DNA from: Planctomycetia bacterium
GTDB lineage: Bacteria > Planctomycetota > Planctomycetia > Gemmatales > Gemmataceae
Length of the DNA: 43,301 nt
Assembly: GCA_009918525.1 (NCBI GenBank)
Contig: RGDT01000001.1
Location: 1 to 43,301, forward strand
Direction: 5' to 3'
Shown here: in pieces, positions 17,635 through 27,463 of the stretch
Numbering within the stretch: position 1 is the first letter of the stretch
Layout: the number at the start of each line of letters is the position of its first letter
Notes under the pieces: generated by a model
Seen by the model: the letters and a program-made list of their open reading frames with translations, nothing else
Databases searched by the model: none
What the model was told of the DNA's origin: nothing
Program-made: the position numbers and the translations under genes

Positions 17635-18237
17635 GTGCAGCGAACACTGCTAATCGGTGGGCTGACGCTATGTCTGTGCGGATGCGTCAGTGGTCCTATG
17701 ATCGAAAACCCGGTGCCTTTGCTGACCGCACCGGCGGGTACGGCATCGACTCCGGTATTCCTACCTCAGTCCGCTTTGGGCTATCCGCGAGTTTTCGAGA
17801 AATGTCTGGACGTGGTGGGAGATTATTTCGAGATCGATCCTGCCGGGACTAATCGCTATGCGGGCATCATTCGTACGAAATCGCGAATCGCACCGGGCAT
17901 CGAGCAGCCTTGGAAAATGGGCAGCCCATCACTCTACCAACGCCTGTTAGCCTTCAAACAGACAATTCGTCATCGGGCTGTTCTGGAGATCACGACCGGC
18001 CGAGACGGTGGCTACTTTGTCGATGTGAAGGTACTGAACGAATTGGAAGATCTTGCCCAGCCTACACGAGCAACGGCAGGCCAAGCCACCTTCCGGCTCG
18101 AATCAACGGTCGAACGCCAATTCGACGTTGTTGAACCTGGGCAGTTCGATGCTTCATGGATTCCCATCGGCCGTGATCTAGCATTGGAACAGGTGATACT
18201 GGAACGCATTTCACGACTGGATTGTGAAGGAAAGTGA
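17635..18237 (+). CDS. Hypothetical lipoprotein
   Basis: GTG start and lipobox LTLCLCGC. No recognisable catalytic motif. Confidence 0.6.
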   Translation: MQRTLLIGGLTLCLCGCVSGPMIENPVPLLTAPAGTASTPVFLPQSALGYPRVFEKCLDVVGDYFEIDPAGTNRYAGIIRTKSRIAPGIEQPWKMGSPSLYQRLLAFKQTIRHRAVLEITTGRDGGYFVDVKVLNELEDLAQPTRATAGQATFRLESTVERQFDVVEPGQFDASWIPIGRDLALEQVILERISRLDCEGK

Positions 18238-18391
18238 GCGAGGAGAAGGGGAAATCTCAGGCTTGAATTTCTGAAAGGAATCACAATCTACGCTCGCCCC
18301 TTGTAGCTTTTTCATCTTTCTTTTGAAGCCTCTTCACTTCCACCTTGGCAGGCTGTTATGATAGATATAACCCACCTTTGGAGCCTCCTCC

Positions 18392-19861
18392 ATGATGCGA
18401 TCTTGTTCCTGCCTATGTGTCTTTCGTGCACCACTGGCCTTAGCTATGGCCGCCCTGTTGTGGCTCAATGCGAGTCCAGCCATCGCTCAGCCTCCGGCTG
18501 GAAAGCCGGTGAGCTTCATCAATGACATTGCTCCCATTTTCAAAGAATCGTGCTTCGGCTGCCACGGGGCCAAGTCTCCAAAAGGCAAGCTGGACATGAC
18601 CAAATTCGCCACGCTGCGTAAGGGCGGTACGAAGGACGATCCAATCGTTGAAGGCAAGCCCGACGATAGCTATCTGATGGATGTTCTCGTAGCAACCGAC
18701 AAAAAGCGGATGCCACCCCTGGAGAGCGGCGATCCGCTACCGAAAGAAAAAGTCGCATTAATTCAGCGTTGGATCAAGGAAGGGGCTAAACTCGACTCCG
18801 GCCTCAAGGCGGACGCCGACCTCGTCCGAGAGTTACGTGTCCGATGGGCTCCTCCAGCTCCTCCCGCCTCTTACCCCTTCCCTGTGACTGTCACTGCGAT
18901 GGCGTTCACTCCCGATAGCAAAAAATTAGTTGTCGGCGGACATCACGAGTTGAACGTCTTCGACGCCACCACCGGATTGCTGGAAAAGCGCGTTCGTACT
19001 CGGTCCCGACGGGCTATGGCCATGACCTTCTTGCCCGATAACAACCTCATTGTGGCAGGCGGTCGTCCGGGCGAAGAAGGCGATGTGCGGGTTTACAACA
19101 TCGCGCTCAAGGGCAAGGTCGAAGGTGGTATTGAGGTTCTCGACGGTGTCAACGACAAGAAAGTCATGATCAAGCAATTAGGCGACAGCGACGATGAAAT
19201 CCTCGCGCTCGCGGTCAGTGCCGACGGCAAAAAAATCGCTGCGGGTGGTTGTGACCGGATTGTCAATGTCTGGGACATCTCAGGTGGCGTTGATAAGGCT
19301 AAACCCGAAGCGTCGATTGAAAACCATGCCGATTGGGTTTTTGGTGTGGCGTTCTCAGACGATGCCAAAAAGCTCTATACCGCCAGCCGTGACAAAACGG
19401 CGAAGGTCTGGGATCTGGTGGCTAAGGAATCAATGTTGACCTTCCCCGATCATCAAAACACTGTTTATGGCATCATCTCTGCCAGTGGCGGCAAAGCTGG
19501 TCTATCGGTCGGTGAAGACAATCAGGTCCGTATGTGGAGCGCGACCGGCGATAAGGGTGGCAAATCCATCCGAAACGCAAATCATGGTAAGCCTGTGTTC
19601 CGTGTCGCAGCCGTACCAGGCAAGCCGATGGTGGTGACGTGCAGCGCGGATATGACCGTTCGTTCGTGGAATGCTGAGACGCTCGTCGCAGGTAAGTCGA
19701 TGAGTGGTTTTACTGACCACGTCTACGCCGTAGCAGCAAGCCCTAACGGCAACCTCGTTGCAGGGGGTGCATTCAACGGAGAAGTTCGTGTGTTCAATCT
19801 GACAGATGGTACATTGGTAAAGGCGTTCAACGCCTCGCCGGGGTTAAATCAGAAGAAATAA
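18392..19861 (+). CDS. Planctomycete cytochrome c domain (PSCyt1) protein fused to a WD40 beta-propeller
   Basis: Signal peptide, then IAPIFKESCFGCHG (one CxxCH). Repeated WD40 ends follow (VNVWD, AKVWD, VRMWS, VRSWN, VRVFN). Confidence 0.8.
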   Translation: MMRSCSCLCVFRAPLALAMAALLWLNASPAIAQPPAGKPVSFINDIAPIFKESCFGCHGAKSPKGKLDMTKFATLRKGGTKDDPIVEGKPDDSYLMDVLVATDKKRMPPLESGDPLPKEKVALIQRWIKEGAKLDSGLKADADLVRELRVRWAPPAPPASYPFPVTVTAMAFTPDSKKLVVGGHHELNVFDATTGLLEKRVRTRSRRAMAMTFLPDNNLIVAGGRPGEEGDVRVYNIALKGKVEGGIEVLDGVNDKKVMIKQLGDSDDEILALAVSADGKKIAAGGCDRIVNVWDISGGVDKAKPEASIENHADWVFGVAFSDDAKKLYTASRDKTAKVWDLVAKESMLTFPDHQNTVYGIISASGGKAGLSVGEDNQVRMWSATGDKGGKSIRNANHGKPVFRVAAVPGKPMVVTCSADMTVRSWNAETLVAGKSMSGFTDHVYAVAASPNGNLVAGGAFNGEVRVFNLTDGTLVKAFNASPGLNQKK

Positions 19862-19893
19862 GTTCGCGCAAGTCGCCATGCTCATAAAAGAGT

Positions 19894-19945
19894 GACCGCC
19901 GTGCGAGCAAAAGTATTTGCTATCACGGCGGGCTTTGTCATTTAA
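19894..19945 (+). terminator. Rho-independent terminator candidate after the PSCyt1-WD40 gene
   Basis: Outer stem CCGCCGTG (19896-19903) pairs with CACGGCGG (19924-19931). Inner stem AGCAAA/TTTGCT closes a tetraloop. The hairpin is followed by GCTTTGTCATTT. Confidence 0.55.
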
Positions 19946-20000
19946 AAGTGTTTTACTCGTTTGTTACTTTTTCAGATTAAAATCGAAGGTGTTGGGGCCG

Positions 20001-20087
20001 TCACTTCGCGAACTTTCTGTCTGGCGGGTAGTACGTAGGGCAACCAATAATGATTAAGGTGACGACGACTAATAATTCAACAATCAT
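20001..20087 (-). pseudogene. Relic of a prepilin-type (DUF1559 / type II pseudopilin-like) N-terminus
   Basis: A 28-codon ORF MIVELLVVVTLIIIGCPTYYPPDRKFAK preceded in frame by ..ANRG. Compare the planctomycete prepilin N-terminus RGFTLIELLVVIAIIAIL..LPAVQKVREAA. It is truncated by a stop and has no mature domain. Confidence 0.25.
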
Positions 20088-20182
20088 ACCCCGATTCGCT
20101 AATCGAATCGTATCAATAAATTATCCGAATTATGGTGACGAGCAAGTCAAAAATGAAAGTTATCCCGCCAAGCCCTTGAAAT

Positions 20183-20851
20183 TTATCTTTCCACTCCACT
20201 GTTGACCAATTGGCCCACTCCTGCTGCATTCCCCTTTTGGCACCGCGAGCATTCCACCGTTCTCGTCCATTCCTCGTCGGCCATCAAAGGTTCTTTCATG
20301 ATCGATCGCATAAATGAAGGGTAGGACGAAGCATAACTACCATGGAACAGAATCACGGTAATTGGCGAGTCATTATCACGATGGAATCGCAAACTATACG
20401 GGCGTAGCAAGGCTACACGTCGTGACCGTAGCCGCTCGTTCGTCCACCATGCCGAGCCTTTCTCGGCGATCGATTCGACACGGTCGAACAGATCATTTAC
20501 GAGCAACCGCAATTCCTTTAGGCTGTCGGCATTCAACGGCACATTACCGCTACCGGATTGTCCACGAAGAGTCCGTGTTCGGTTTTTGCCTCCTTGATTC
20601 CAAGCCGCTATCCAAGCATTAAGACGACATTCCCAATCGGGTTTGGTGAATGGGGTTCGGATCGTAATGATTGGCGTTTGATCGACGAGCGCTGCTTCCA
20701 ATACGTTATCAAATGCTTCACTATCAGCATATTCGATGACGACCGGAGTCAGGTCAAGTATTGGCGGACGATCGCCCGATTGGCGAGCTGGAAATAACGG
20801 TTGGCAACCAACACTAGCAAGCAACAGCACGACGGCCCCGAAGCGACGCAT
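20183..20851 (-). CDS. Hypothetical lipoprotein
   Basis: Signal and lipobox MRRFGAVVLLLASVGC. GGGAG lies 9 nt upstream of the ATG. No recognisable domain. Confidence 0.6.
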   Translation of the reverse strand: MRRFGAVVLLLASVGCQPLFPARQSGDRPPILDLTPVVIEYADSEAFDNVLEAALVDQTPIITIRTPFTKPDWECRLNAWIAAWNQGGKNRTRTLRGQSGSGNVPLNADSLKELRLLVNDLFDRVESIAEKGSAWWTNERLRSRRVALLRPYSLRFHRDNDSPITVILFHGSYASSYPSFMRSIMKEPLMADEEWTRTVECSRCQKGNAAGVGQLVNSGVER

Positions 20852-21030
20852 GACCTAGCTCCCGCGCAATTGATTGCTTGTAGATCATCGGGGAGATGCC
20901 TTTGGGTGCATCGAATGTCAAGTGCAGTTTTCATTCGCTGAATCGCTAATCATTGCGCGAGCGAAAAATGCCAGACCGGTGGGCACACTAAAGGTGCTTT
21001 ATCCAACGACTGGCATTGGATGTTTATGAC

Positions 21031-21942
21031 CTACTTTTTCCTTTCGGCCAAGTGCTCATCAAACCACTCGCCGATGAGTTCCACATCGAGTAAAAGAGTT
21101 GCCCAGCCGTGATCAGCATCTTTTCGCACTTCCAGCTTGTGGATAACACCGCATTGCTTGCATTTTTCGCAGTAAACCTCAGCCTGCTGTATCGGCACTA
21201 GCTTGTCTTTGTCCCCGTGAATAATTAAGGAAGGGGCGCTGGACTTCGTCACTTGCCAAGTTGGTGATACCTTTTTTGCAATCTCGCGGAGACGTTCCTT
21301 ATCTTTGATCGGGACGAATAACGCTTTCTTGGCATCGAATTCGTGCCAATCCGTTGCGGCCGTGAAAGGCGGCTGAAATTGCCGATCGATCATTTCGTTG
21401 CCCTTGCTGCCGTAGTTTAGGAAATCGGTTGGAGGAAAGAAACAACCGACCGCCGCGACCTTGCTGGAGAGTCGGTCGATAGGATCGGCAGCGCGAGAGT
21501 TACCTGGGCCACCGGTCGTCCCCATCATGAGCGACAAATGGCCACCGGCAGAGGCCCCCATAATCCCTAACCGGTCTGGATCGACGGCATAGGTTTTCGC
21601 GTTATGCTTGATGAAACGAATCGCCCGGTGTAAGTCTTCGATGATCTCCAGAATCGTGAATTTCGGTTGGCTCCCGTGGACGACGTTAAAGACGGTGTAA
21701 CCTCGCGACAAGAGCGACGAGACAAACAGGGGGTTGATCGATTCCGGACGCGAAAACCAACCGCCCGAAACGACGAAGATGACGCCTAGCCCGTTGGCTT
21801 TTTTGGGCTTCATGATGTCTAATGTTAAAGCCAGTCCGAATTTTCGGCCGTAAATCACATCGCGAGTGCGAGTGAAATCAGGAGCGGCCGGGGATGAGGT
21901 AACAAGGCAAAAAATGAAAAAAATCGCCGGGATGAAGCGCAT
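21031..21942 (-). CDS. Secreted alpha/beta hydrolase (esterase / prolyl oligopeptidase-like)
   Basis: Signal peptide, nucleophile elbow GASAGGHL, HGDKDKLVP (Asp) and DADHGW (His). Confidence 0.8.
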   Translation of the reverse strand: MRFIPAIFFIFCLVTSSPAAPDFTRTRDVIYGRKFGLALTLDIMKPKKANGLGVIFVVSGGWFSRPESINPLFVSSLLSRGYTVFNVVHGSQPKFTILEIIEDLHRAIRFIKHNAKTYAVDPDRLGIMGASAGGHLSLMMGTTGGPGNSRAADPIDRLSSKVAAVGCFFPPTDFLNYGSKGNEMIDRQFQPPFTAATDWHEFDAKKALFVPIKDKERLREIAKKVSPTWQVTKSSAPSLIIHGDKDKLVPIQQAEVYCEKCKQCGVIHKLEVRKDADHGWATLLLDVELIGEWFDEHLAERKK

Positions 21943-22069
21943 GCGGAGGCACTCCAGAGAAGAAGGTAACTATCCTAGTTCATAGTAGTTGTGGCCAGAA
22001 GATCATCTACGGTTTATAAATTGAGGGGAATCCGGGATTTCGAGAACTTCGTAAGATTTTTATCAAGGG

Positions 22070-22098
22070 CTTGCAATCTAACTTGCTAAACGCGACAA
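22070..22098 (+). promoter_or_regulatory. Sigma70-type promoter candidate for the DUF1549/DUF1553 gene
   Basis: TTGCAA (22070-22075), 17-nt spacer, GACAAT (22093-22098). It lies 76 nt upstream of the ATG. Confidence 0.3.
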
Positions 22099-22173
22099 TG
22101 GTAGAAACTGCTAACTCGCCCACCAGCCTCCTGCCTTACCCACCACGTTTTTGACCATTGGGGGGACTCGTTT

Positions 22174-24702
22174 ATGAAGCTGTCTTACTGGCTAGCCTTT
22201 GCGGCCCTGCTTGCCGCGAGCAGCCTTACCCGGGCCGCCGACAAGGAGGCCCCTTCACCGGCAAATTTACCACCGGTGGTGATGCCGACAGCGGCAGATA
22301 TTCAAAGCCTCACTGTGAAACCGGAAAAAGTGGCTTTGAAAGGTCTCGATGACGCGAATCAACTCGTGTTGACCGCCAACCTTGCGGCGGGGCGCACCTT
22401 CGACCTTACAGGCGAAGCGAAGTATGAAGTGGCTGACGAAAAGATCGTCCGAGTCACCAGCACTGGCCGTGTCGTACCGTTGACTAACGGGACGACGACA
22501 ATCAAAGCGACCTATTCTGGGAAGTCGATCACTATTCCCGTGACCGCTGTAAGCTGTGATGTCGATCTGCCGATCAACTTCGGCAACCAGATTGTTCCTA
22601 TCTTCACCAAGCTAGGTTGCAATTCGGGTGGATGCCATGGTAAGCAATCGGGCCAAAACGGATTCCGATTATCACTTCTGGGCTTCGAGCCGGAACTAGA
22701 CTACATGACCCTTCTCAAGGAAGGTCGTGGCCGTCGATTGTTCCCTGCCGCGCCGGAAGTGTCGTTGCTGCTCACCAAGGGTGCAGGTCAGGTAGCTCAT
22801 GGCGGTGGCAAGCGTATCGAAGTCGGGAGCGATGAGTATCGGCTCATTCGTCGCTGGATTGCTGCTGGTATGCCTTATGGTGAAAAAGGCGACCCGACTG
22901 TCGAGAAGATCAGCGTCTATCCTGAACATCGGGTGATGAACCGCAACAATACCCAACAATTCGCGGTCTATGCTCACTACACTGATGGTACAATCGAGGA
23001 TATTAGCCGTCGAGCTCAGTATGAGAGCAATGATCAGGAAATTGCTACCGTAAGCGAAACGGGCCTCGTTCACACCTTGGCTCTGAGCGGCGAGGCCGCC
23101 ATTATGGTGCGCTACCAAGAACACGTTTCCACGTTCCGCGCTACGGTGCCGTTAGGTGGCTCGACCCCGGCGTACAACTTCCTTGTAAAGACGATGGTTG
23201 ATAAGCATACCACAGCCAAATGGAAGACGCTCGGCCTTGTTCCTTCGGAAATTTGCAGCGACTCGGAATACATTCGCCGCCTAATGCTCGATTTGTGTGG
23301 TACTTTGCCCACCCCGAAGCAAGTAGAGGACTTTGTAGCTGACAAGGGAACGGACAAGCGTGATAAGCTTGTTGATTCGCTGCTAGAATCCCAGGAATAT
23401 GCTTATTACTTTGCTGGCAAGTGGGCGGACATCCTGCGAGTCAAGCGTCGTGGTCAAGCCGAAAGAGCCAAGGGCACATTCGCGTTCCACGCCTGGATTC
23501 GCAAGGCCATCAGCAACGACAAGCCATACGACGAGTTTGTCCGCGATATCCTCGGCGCTACTGGTGACGAACAGACCAGCCCTCCGACGGTTTGGTACAA
23601 GGAGTTGACTAAGCCCGAAGAGTTTGTTGATGATGCTGCTCAGGTATTCCTCGGCCAGCGTCTGGCTTGCGCTCAATGCCACCACCACCCCTACGAAAAG
23701 TGGAGCCAGGACGATTATTGGGGCTTGGCCGCTTTCTTCGGTCGAATTGGTCGCAAACAGATCCCGATCTTAGGCGGTACCCAGCAAAACGAAGGCCGTT
23801 TGGCAGTGTTCACCACTACTCGTGGCTCGGTTCAAAACAAGAAGACCGGCAAGGCTGCACCGACCAAGCCGTTGGGTAGTCCAGAAGTGGAAGTGAGCGG
23901 CTACGAAGATCCTCGGCAAAAGCTCGTGGATTGGATGGTTGCGAAGGATAACCCATTCTTCGCTAAAGCGGTCGCCAATCGATATTGGGCGCACTTCTTC
24001 GGTCGGGGTATCGTCGATCCGCTCGACGATATGCGCGTTACCAATCCCCCCAGCAACCCTGAGTTGCTTGACGGGCTGGCCAAGGAACTGATTGACAATC
24101 AGTTTAGCCTCAAGCACCTGATCAAGACGATTGTAAAGAGTCGTACCTACCAACTCAGTTCTACGCCGAACGACTTCAATAAGCACGACAAGCAAAACTA
24201 TGCACGATACTATCCTCGTCGTATGTCGGCTGAGGTACTGTTCGACGCCGTGAACCAAGTGGCGGGTGCTCCGGCCGGGTTTGGTGGTCTGCCAACGGAC
24301 AGGTATGCTCCGAATCGGGCCATCATGCTACCTGATGAATCGTTCCAGTCGTACTTCTTGGACGTCTTCGGTCGCCCGCAGCGTATCAGTGCTTGCGAGT
24401 GCGAACGAGTGAGCGAGGCTAACTTGGCCCAGGCGTTACACTTGCTCAATAGCGACGAAGTTCAGGGCAAACTGTCTCGGGCCGGTGGCCGGGCTGAGAT
24501 TCTCGCCAATACCAAGGACACGCGTCCCGAAGCCGAGAAGATTGACGAATTGTTTTTGTGGGCCTTCGGCCGCAAGCCGACTGAGCAACAACGTACCGTG
24601 GCGTTGGAGCATGTCTCCAAAAGCCCTATGAACAAAAAGCTGGCCTATGAAAACATTCTCTGGGCTCTGCTGAACACCAAGGAATTCATCTTCAACAAGT
24701 GA
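22174..24702 (+). CDS. Big_2 + PSCyt2 (DUF1549) + DUF1553 + PSD1 domain protein
   Basis: Signal peptide and Ig-like Big_2 region. LGCNSGGCHGKQSGQNGFRLSL (DUF1549/PSCyt2), CAQCHHHPYEKWSQDDYWGLAAFF (DUF1553), and a C-terminal LLNTKEFIFNK (PSD1-type end). Confidence 0.85.
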   Translation: MKLSYWLAFAALLAASSLTRAADKEAPSPANLPPVVMPTAADIQSLTVKPEKVALKGLDDANQLVLTANLAAGRTFDLTGEAKYEVADEKIVRVTSTGRVVPLTNGTTTIKATYSGKSITIPVTAVSCDVDLPINFGNQIVPIFTKLGCNSGGCHGKQSGQNGFRLSLLGFEPELDYMTLLKEGRGRRLFPAAPEVSLLLTKGAGQVAHGGGKRIEVGSDEYRLIRRWIAAGMPYGEKGDPTVEKISVYPEHRVMNRNNTQQFAVYAHYTDGTIEDISRRAQYESNDQEIATVSETGLVHTLALSGEAAIMVRYQEHVSTFRATVPLGGSTPAYNFLVKTMVDKHTTAKWKTLGLVPSEICSDSEYIRRLMLDLCGTLPTPKQVEDFVADKGTDKRDKLVDSLLESQEYAYYFAGKWADILRVKRRGQAERAKGTFAFHAWIRKAISNDKPYDEFVRDILGATGDEQTSPPTVWYKELTKPEEFVDDAAQVFLGQRLACAQCHHHPYEKWSQDDYWGLAAFFGRIGRKQIPILGGTQQNEGRLAVFTTTRGSVQNKKTGKAAPTKPLGSPEVEVSGYEDPRQKLVDWMVAKDNPFFAKAVANRYWAHFFGRGIVDPLDDMRVTNPPSNPELLDGLAKELIDNQFSLKHLIKTIVKSRTYQLSSTPNDFNKHDKQNYARYYPRRMSAEVLFDAVNQVAGAPAGFGGLPTDRYAPNRAIMLPDESFQSYFLDVFGRPQRISACECERVSEANLAQALHLLNSDEVQGKLSRAGGRAEILANTKDTRPEAEKIDELFLWAFGRKPTEQQRTVALEHVSKSPMNKKLAYENILWALLNTKEFIFNK

Positions 24703-24721
24703 TGCGTTCCCTATGGACTGA

Positions 24722-24743
24722 GCCGCTGACATGAGTCGGCGGC
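24722..24743. terminator. Hairpin between convergent genes (DUF1553 gene and hemW)
   Basis: GCCGCTGAC-ATGA-GTCGGCGGC gives a 9-bp stem with one G-U pair. There is no clear U-tract. Confidence 0.35.
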
Positions 24744-24881
24744 CATGTCCTAAACATTCAATCTTAGGCGAGCGCGGGACGTAATTTACTAGAGTGATAG
24801 AAAAACTTAAGAAATCTACGTTCCACTTGCCTCTTTGTTCCAACGCACTACTGGTTTGACCTGTTTCGCCTCCATCTCTCT

Positions 24882-26003
24882 TCAAAGCAATTTCTCGATG
24901 ACGGCATCTGCGACGTACTTTCCATTTGCCGAGAGGAATACACGTTCGCTGGTATCAATCAATACGCCCTGGTCTACGAGTGCAGCTAGACGCGGTGCGA
25001 CAGCGTCAAGATCGTGTCCTGTTTGGCGTCGATAAAAGACCCGATGGATTCCCTCCGCGCGACGTAATTGCACGGCCATCGTCTCGCGGGCGCGGTCCAA
25101 AGGTGACAGCTTTTCGGACTGCCATGACCGACGACCAGCAAGGTAGGCGTCGAAATCGCGAGTGTTTACCTCTCTCACACCACCAACGTATCGGGCAGCC
25201 CCTAGTCCGATGCCGTAGTAGGCGTAATTGGCCCAATAAATTTGATTATGCCGACTTTGCCGTCCTTCAAGGGCGAAATTTGATATCTCATAGTGAGTGA
25301 AACTGGCTTTAGTTAGTCTCTCGATAGCCGTTTGGTAAAGGGTTAATTCATCATCTTCGGTCAGGGGAATTAGTCGGCCTGATCGTCGTTGCTTCCAAAG
25401 CGAAGTACCCTTCTCATAAGTCAGGCCGTAGGTCGATATATGACTGATGCCTAGATTTAACGCTCGGTCTAGATCGTCGGTCCAATGAGCGACCGTCTGA
25501 CCGGGAACGCCGAATATCAGATCGATTGAGATCTGGGAGATAGAACCACTTAGGCACTTCACTGCCGTCGCTATGGTTGTCGGGTCGTGAGAACGTTGCA
25601 AGACCGCCAACGAGCGAGGATCGAAAGATTGTGCTCCCAGGCTAACACGGTTAACACCGTGTTGAGCCAAGAGCACGATCTTATCAGCCGTCAGCGACTC
25701 GGGGTTTGCCTCGATCGAATACTCGGCATCAGACTCCAACGGGAACCATCGTTTCAGTACTCGCAAAAGCCGTTCTAGCTGGGCCTCGGGCAAGTGGGAT
25801 GGGGTGCCACCTCCGATAAATAGAGTTTGAACCGGACGCGGCTGAATCAATGTTTCTAATTCGGCTTCCAGTGCGTCCAGATAGCGCACCATCAGGTGGT
25901 CCTTGCCTACGACGATGGCAAAGTCGCAATAACCGCAGCGATGGGCGCAAAAAGGTATATGGACGTATGCGGCCTGTGGCACCAGCCAGGGAGCGTCCGT
26001 CAT
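24882..26003 (-). CDS. hemW: Radical SAM heme chaperone HemW (HemN-like, oxygen-independent coproporphyrinogen oxidase family)
   Basis: YVHIPFCAHRCGYCDF (CxxxCxxC) and GGGTPS. The 373-aa size is typical of HemW rather than HemN. Its ATG overlaps the upstream stop (ATGA). Confidence 0.85.
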   Translation of the reverse strand: MTDAPWLVPQAAYVHIPFCAHRCGYCDFAIVVGKDHLMVRYLDALEAELETLIQPRPVQTLFIGGGTPSHLPEAQLERLLRVLKRWFPLESDAEYSIEANPESLTADKIVLLAQHGVNRVSLGAQSFDPRSLAVLQRSHDPTTIATAVKCLSGSISQISIDLIFGVPGQTVAHWTDDLDRALNLGISHISTYGLTYEKGTSLWKQRRSGRLIPLTEDDELTLYQTAIERLTKASFTHYEISNFALEGRQSRHNQIYWANYAYYGIGLGAARYVGGVREVNTRDFDAYLAGRRSWQSEKLSPLDRARETMAVQLRRAEGIHRVFYRRQTGHDLDAVAPRLAALVDQGVLIDTSERVFLSANGKYVADAVIEKLL

Positions 26004-26707
26004 TCGTCGGACACACTACGCGGCTTGACTTCACTAGGCTCACCGCCCTTGTAAAGGCTATTTCCGGCGGGCTTAGTGTCGCCATTGGCCCATGTTCCCA
26101 GATTCGCTGCCTGCGTGACCCGTCCGGCCTCAAGATCGAGCAGTAAAGGCCGAGTCTGCTTAACCATTTCTGTGATGTAAGGATCTTTGTTAGATTGAAT
26201 AAGCTCGATTGCCTCTAGTAAACGTGCTCCATCTACTTTCCAGGGCCGGAGTCGAAGAGTCGGGCTCTTGACCTCGATATTTTTGTTGGCCTCGATGCCG
26301 ATGGCTGATATCGCACGGGCAACTTGTTGGGCGGCATAGTCCGCGTTGAAATCAGCGGATTTACCGGATGCAGCGATCAACCGACATAGGCCGATGGACG
26401 ATTCGACAAGTTCTTCGACACGCGGGGGAGGATTTACGCTCTGGTCGCTGGCTGCTACTCGGGCTAGGACGAGGGCAGGGCGGTCTGTGCCCATACTTGG
26501 TGTGGGTGCCCAGGCGAGAACGCGAAGAGCTTCGGCACGCAGAATTTTGAACCCCTCGACTTCTCCGCGAGGCGTAGCCTTGGGAAAATCGAATCGACGA
26601 GAAGCAACGGTCATGGCCGACTGAATTACTTTATCAACCGTCGCTTGTTTGTAGATTGCCGGGCGTTGTGGCGGTAGGGCAAGAACGTCATGTGCCGCCC
26701 GAAGCAA
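26000..26707 (-). CDS. Hypothetical protein; probably the C-terminal two thirds of a gene split from 26770..27270
   Basis: The only candidate start is TTG, with no good SD. The same frame stays open for another 75 codons upstream, back to a TAA about 230 nt away, without any ATG/GTG/TTG. It reads as a sensible continuation (..STAADLIAADPKRLNDGVRYYLLRAAHDV..). Confidence 0.6.
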   Translation of the reverse strand: MLRAAHDVLALPPQRPAIYKQATVDKVIQSAMTVASRRFDFPKATPRGEVEGFKILRAEALRVLAWAPTPSMGTDRPALVLARVAASDQSVNPPPRVEELVESSIGLCRLIAASGKSADFNADYAAQQVARAISAIGIEANKNIEVKSPTLRLRPWKVDGARLLEAIELIQSNKDPYITEMVKQTRPLLLDLEAGRVTQAANLGTWANGDTKPAGNSLYKGGEPSEVKPRSVSDE

Positions 26708-26769
26708 ATAATAGCGGACCCCGTCATTGAGCCGTTTCGGATCAGCTGCAATCAGGTCAGCGGCAGTGC

Positions 26770-27270
26770 TTAAAATTTGGTCCGTTGTCCCGGCAATCGC
26801 TGAGGCAACATAGATATCAATCGAGCCGCATTCACCGATGAGATAGGAGGTCCTGCCAGGATAACTTCGTTCGCTCGCTGCACCACCGCCTTGGTAAATA
26901 GTGCCTGTGCGGCTGCTACGGTAGACGGTTCTTTGTTACGAGATAATGACCGCAGTCGATTGTCCAATTCGTCTACCGTATCTTTCAACAAAGGACTCGG
27001 GTTCGTTCCACCCGCTTTGAGGCTACGCCCTTGCCAATAAAGCGGATAGGTAATTTCCTTTGCTGCAACATCGATGGCCTCGATGTGCGCCTTGTTGTTC
27101 GGGTCGGAAACGACTTCACCCTTAAATAGCTGCCCGCGAAGGACTTTAGTCGCTTTGAGTTTCTTTTCGTAGAAGTCCGTTTCCGACTCGGTGATTCCGC
27201 CTTCTTGTGCCGACAGAAACGCGGTGAGGGTGCAGCCCAATACGCCAAGTTGGATGATACGTCGGAGCAT
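26770..27270 (-). CDS. Hypothetical secreted protein; probably the N-terminal third of the same split gene
   Basis: Signal peptide MLRRIIQLGVLGCTLTAFLSAQ, with GAGG 9 nt upstream of the ATG. It ends at a TAA inside the run CCAAATTTTAAGC. Confidence 0.6.
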   Translation of the reverse strand: MLRRIIQLGVLGCTLTAFLSAQEGGITESETDFYEKKLKATKVLRGQLFKGEVVSDPNNKAHIEAIDVAAKEITYPLYWQGRSLKAGGTNPSPLLKDTVDELDNRLRSLSRNKEPSTVAAAQALFTKAVVQRANEVILAGPPISSVNAARLISMLPQRLPGQRTKF

Positions 27271-27463
27271 AAGCGGACCTCAATGCGTGATATGTCATCC
27301 TAAGGGGGGGATTAATGTTCCCCAATCTCCGAGCCAAAGAGCTTAATCCGCCGTATGTTGTCGGCCGCAAGCATCTCTGCTCGGTGGTGTCTCCTATTGC
27401 AAAGCTAGCAACCTTCCCTGGCCTCTGTCAACATAACACACAAAGCAGCAGGACGTTGGCGAG

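Noticed and set aside
26765-26785. Programmed -1 ribosomal frameshift at AAATTTT joining the two halves of the split gene
   Set aside because: In the upstream frame the codons are ACC AAA TTT TAA, so the tract is not an X XXY YYZ heptamer in the zero frame. I saw no downstream stem-loop or pseudoknot. A 1-nt homopolymer indel explains it more simply, and the same lesion recurs 1.4 kb away.
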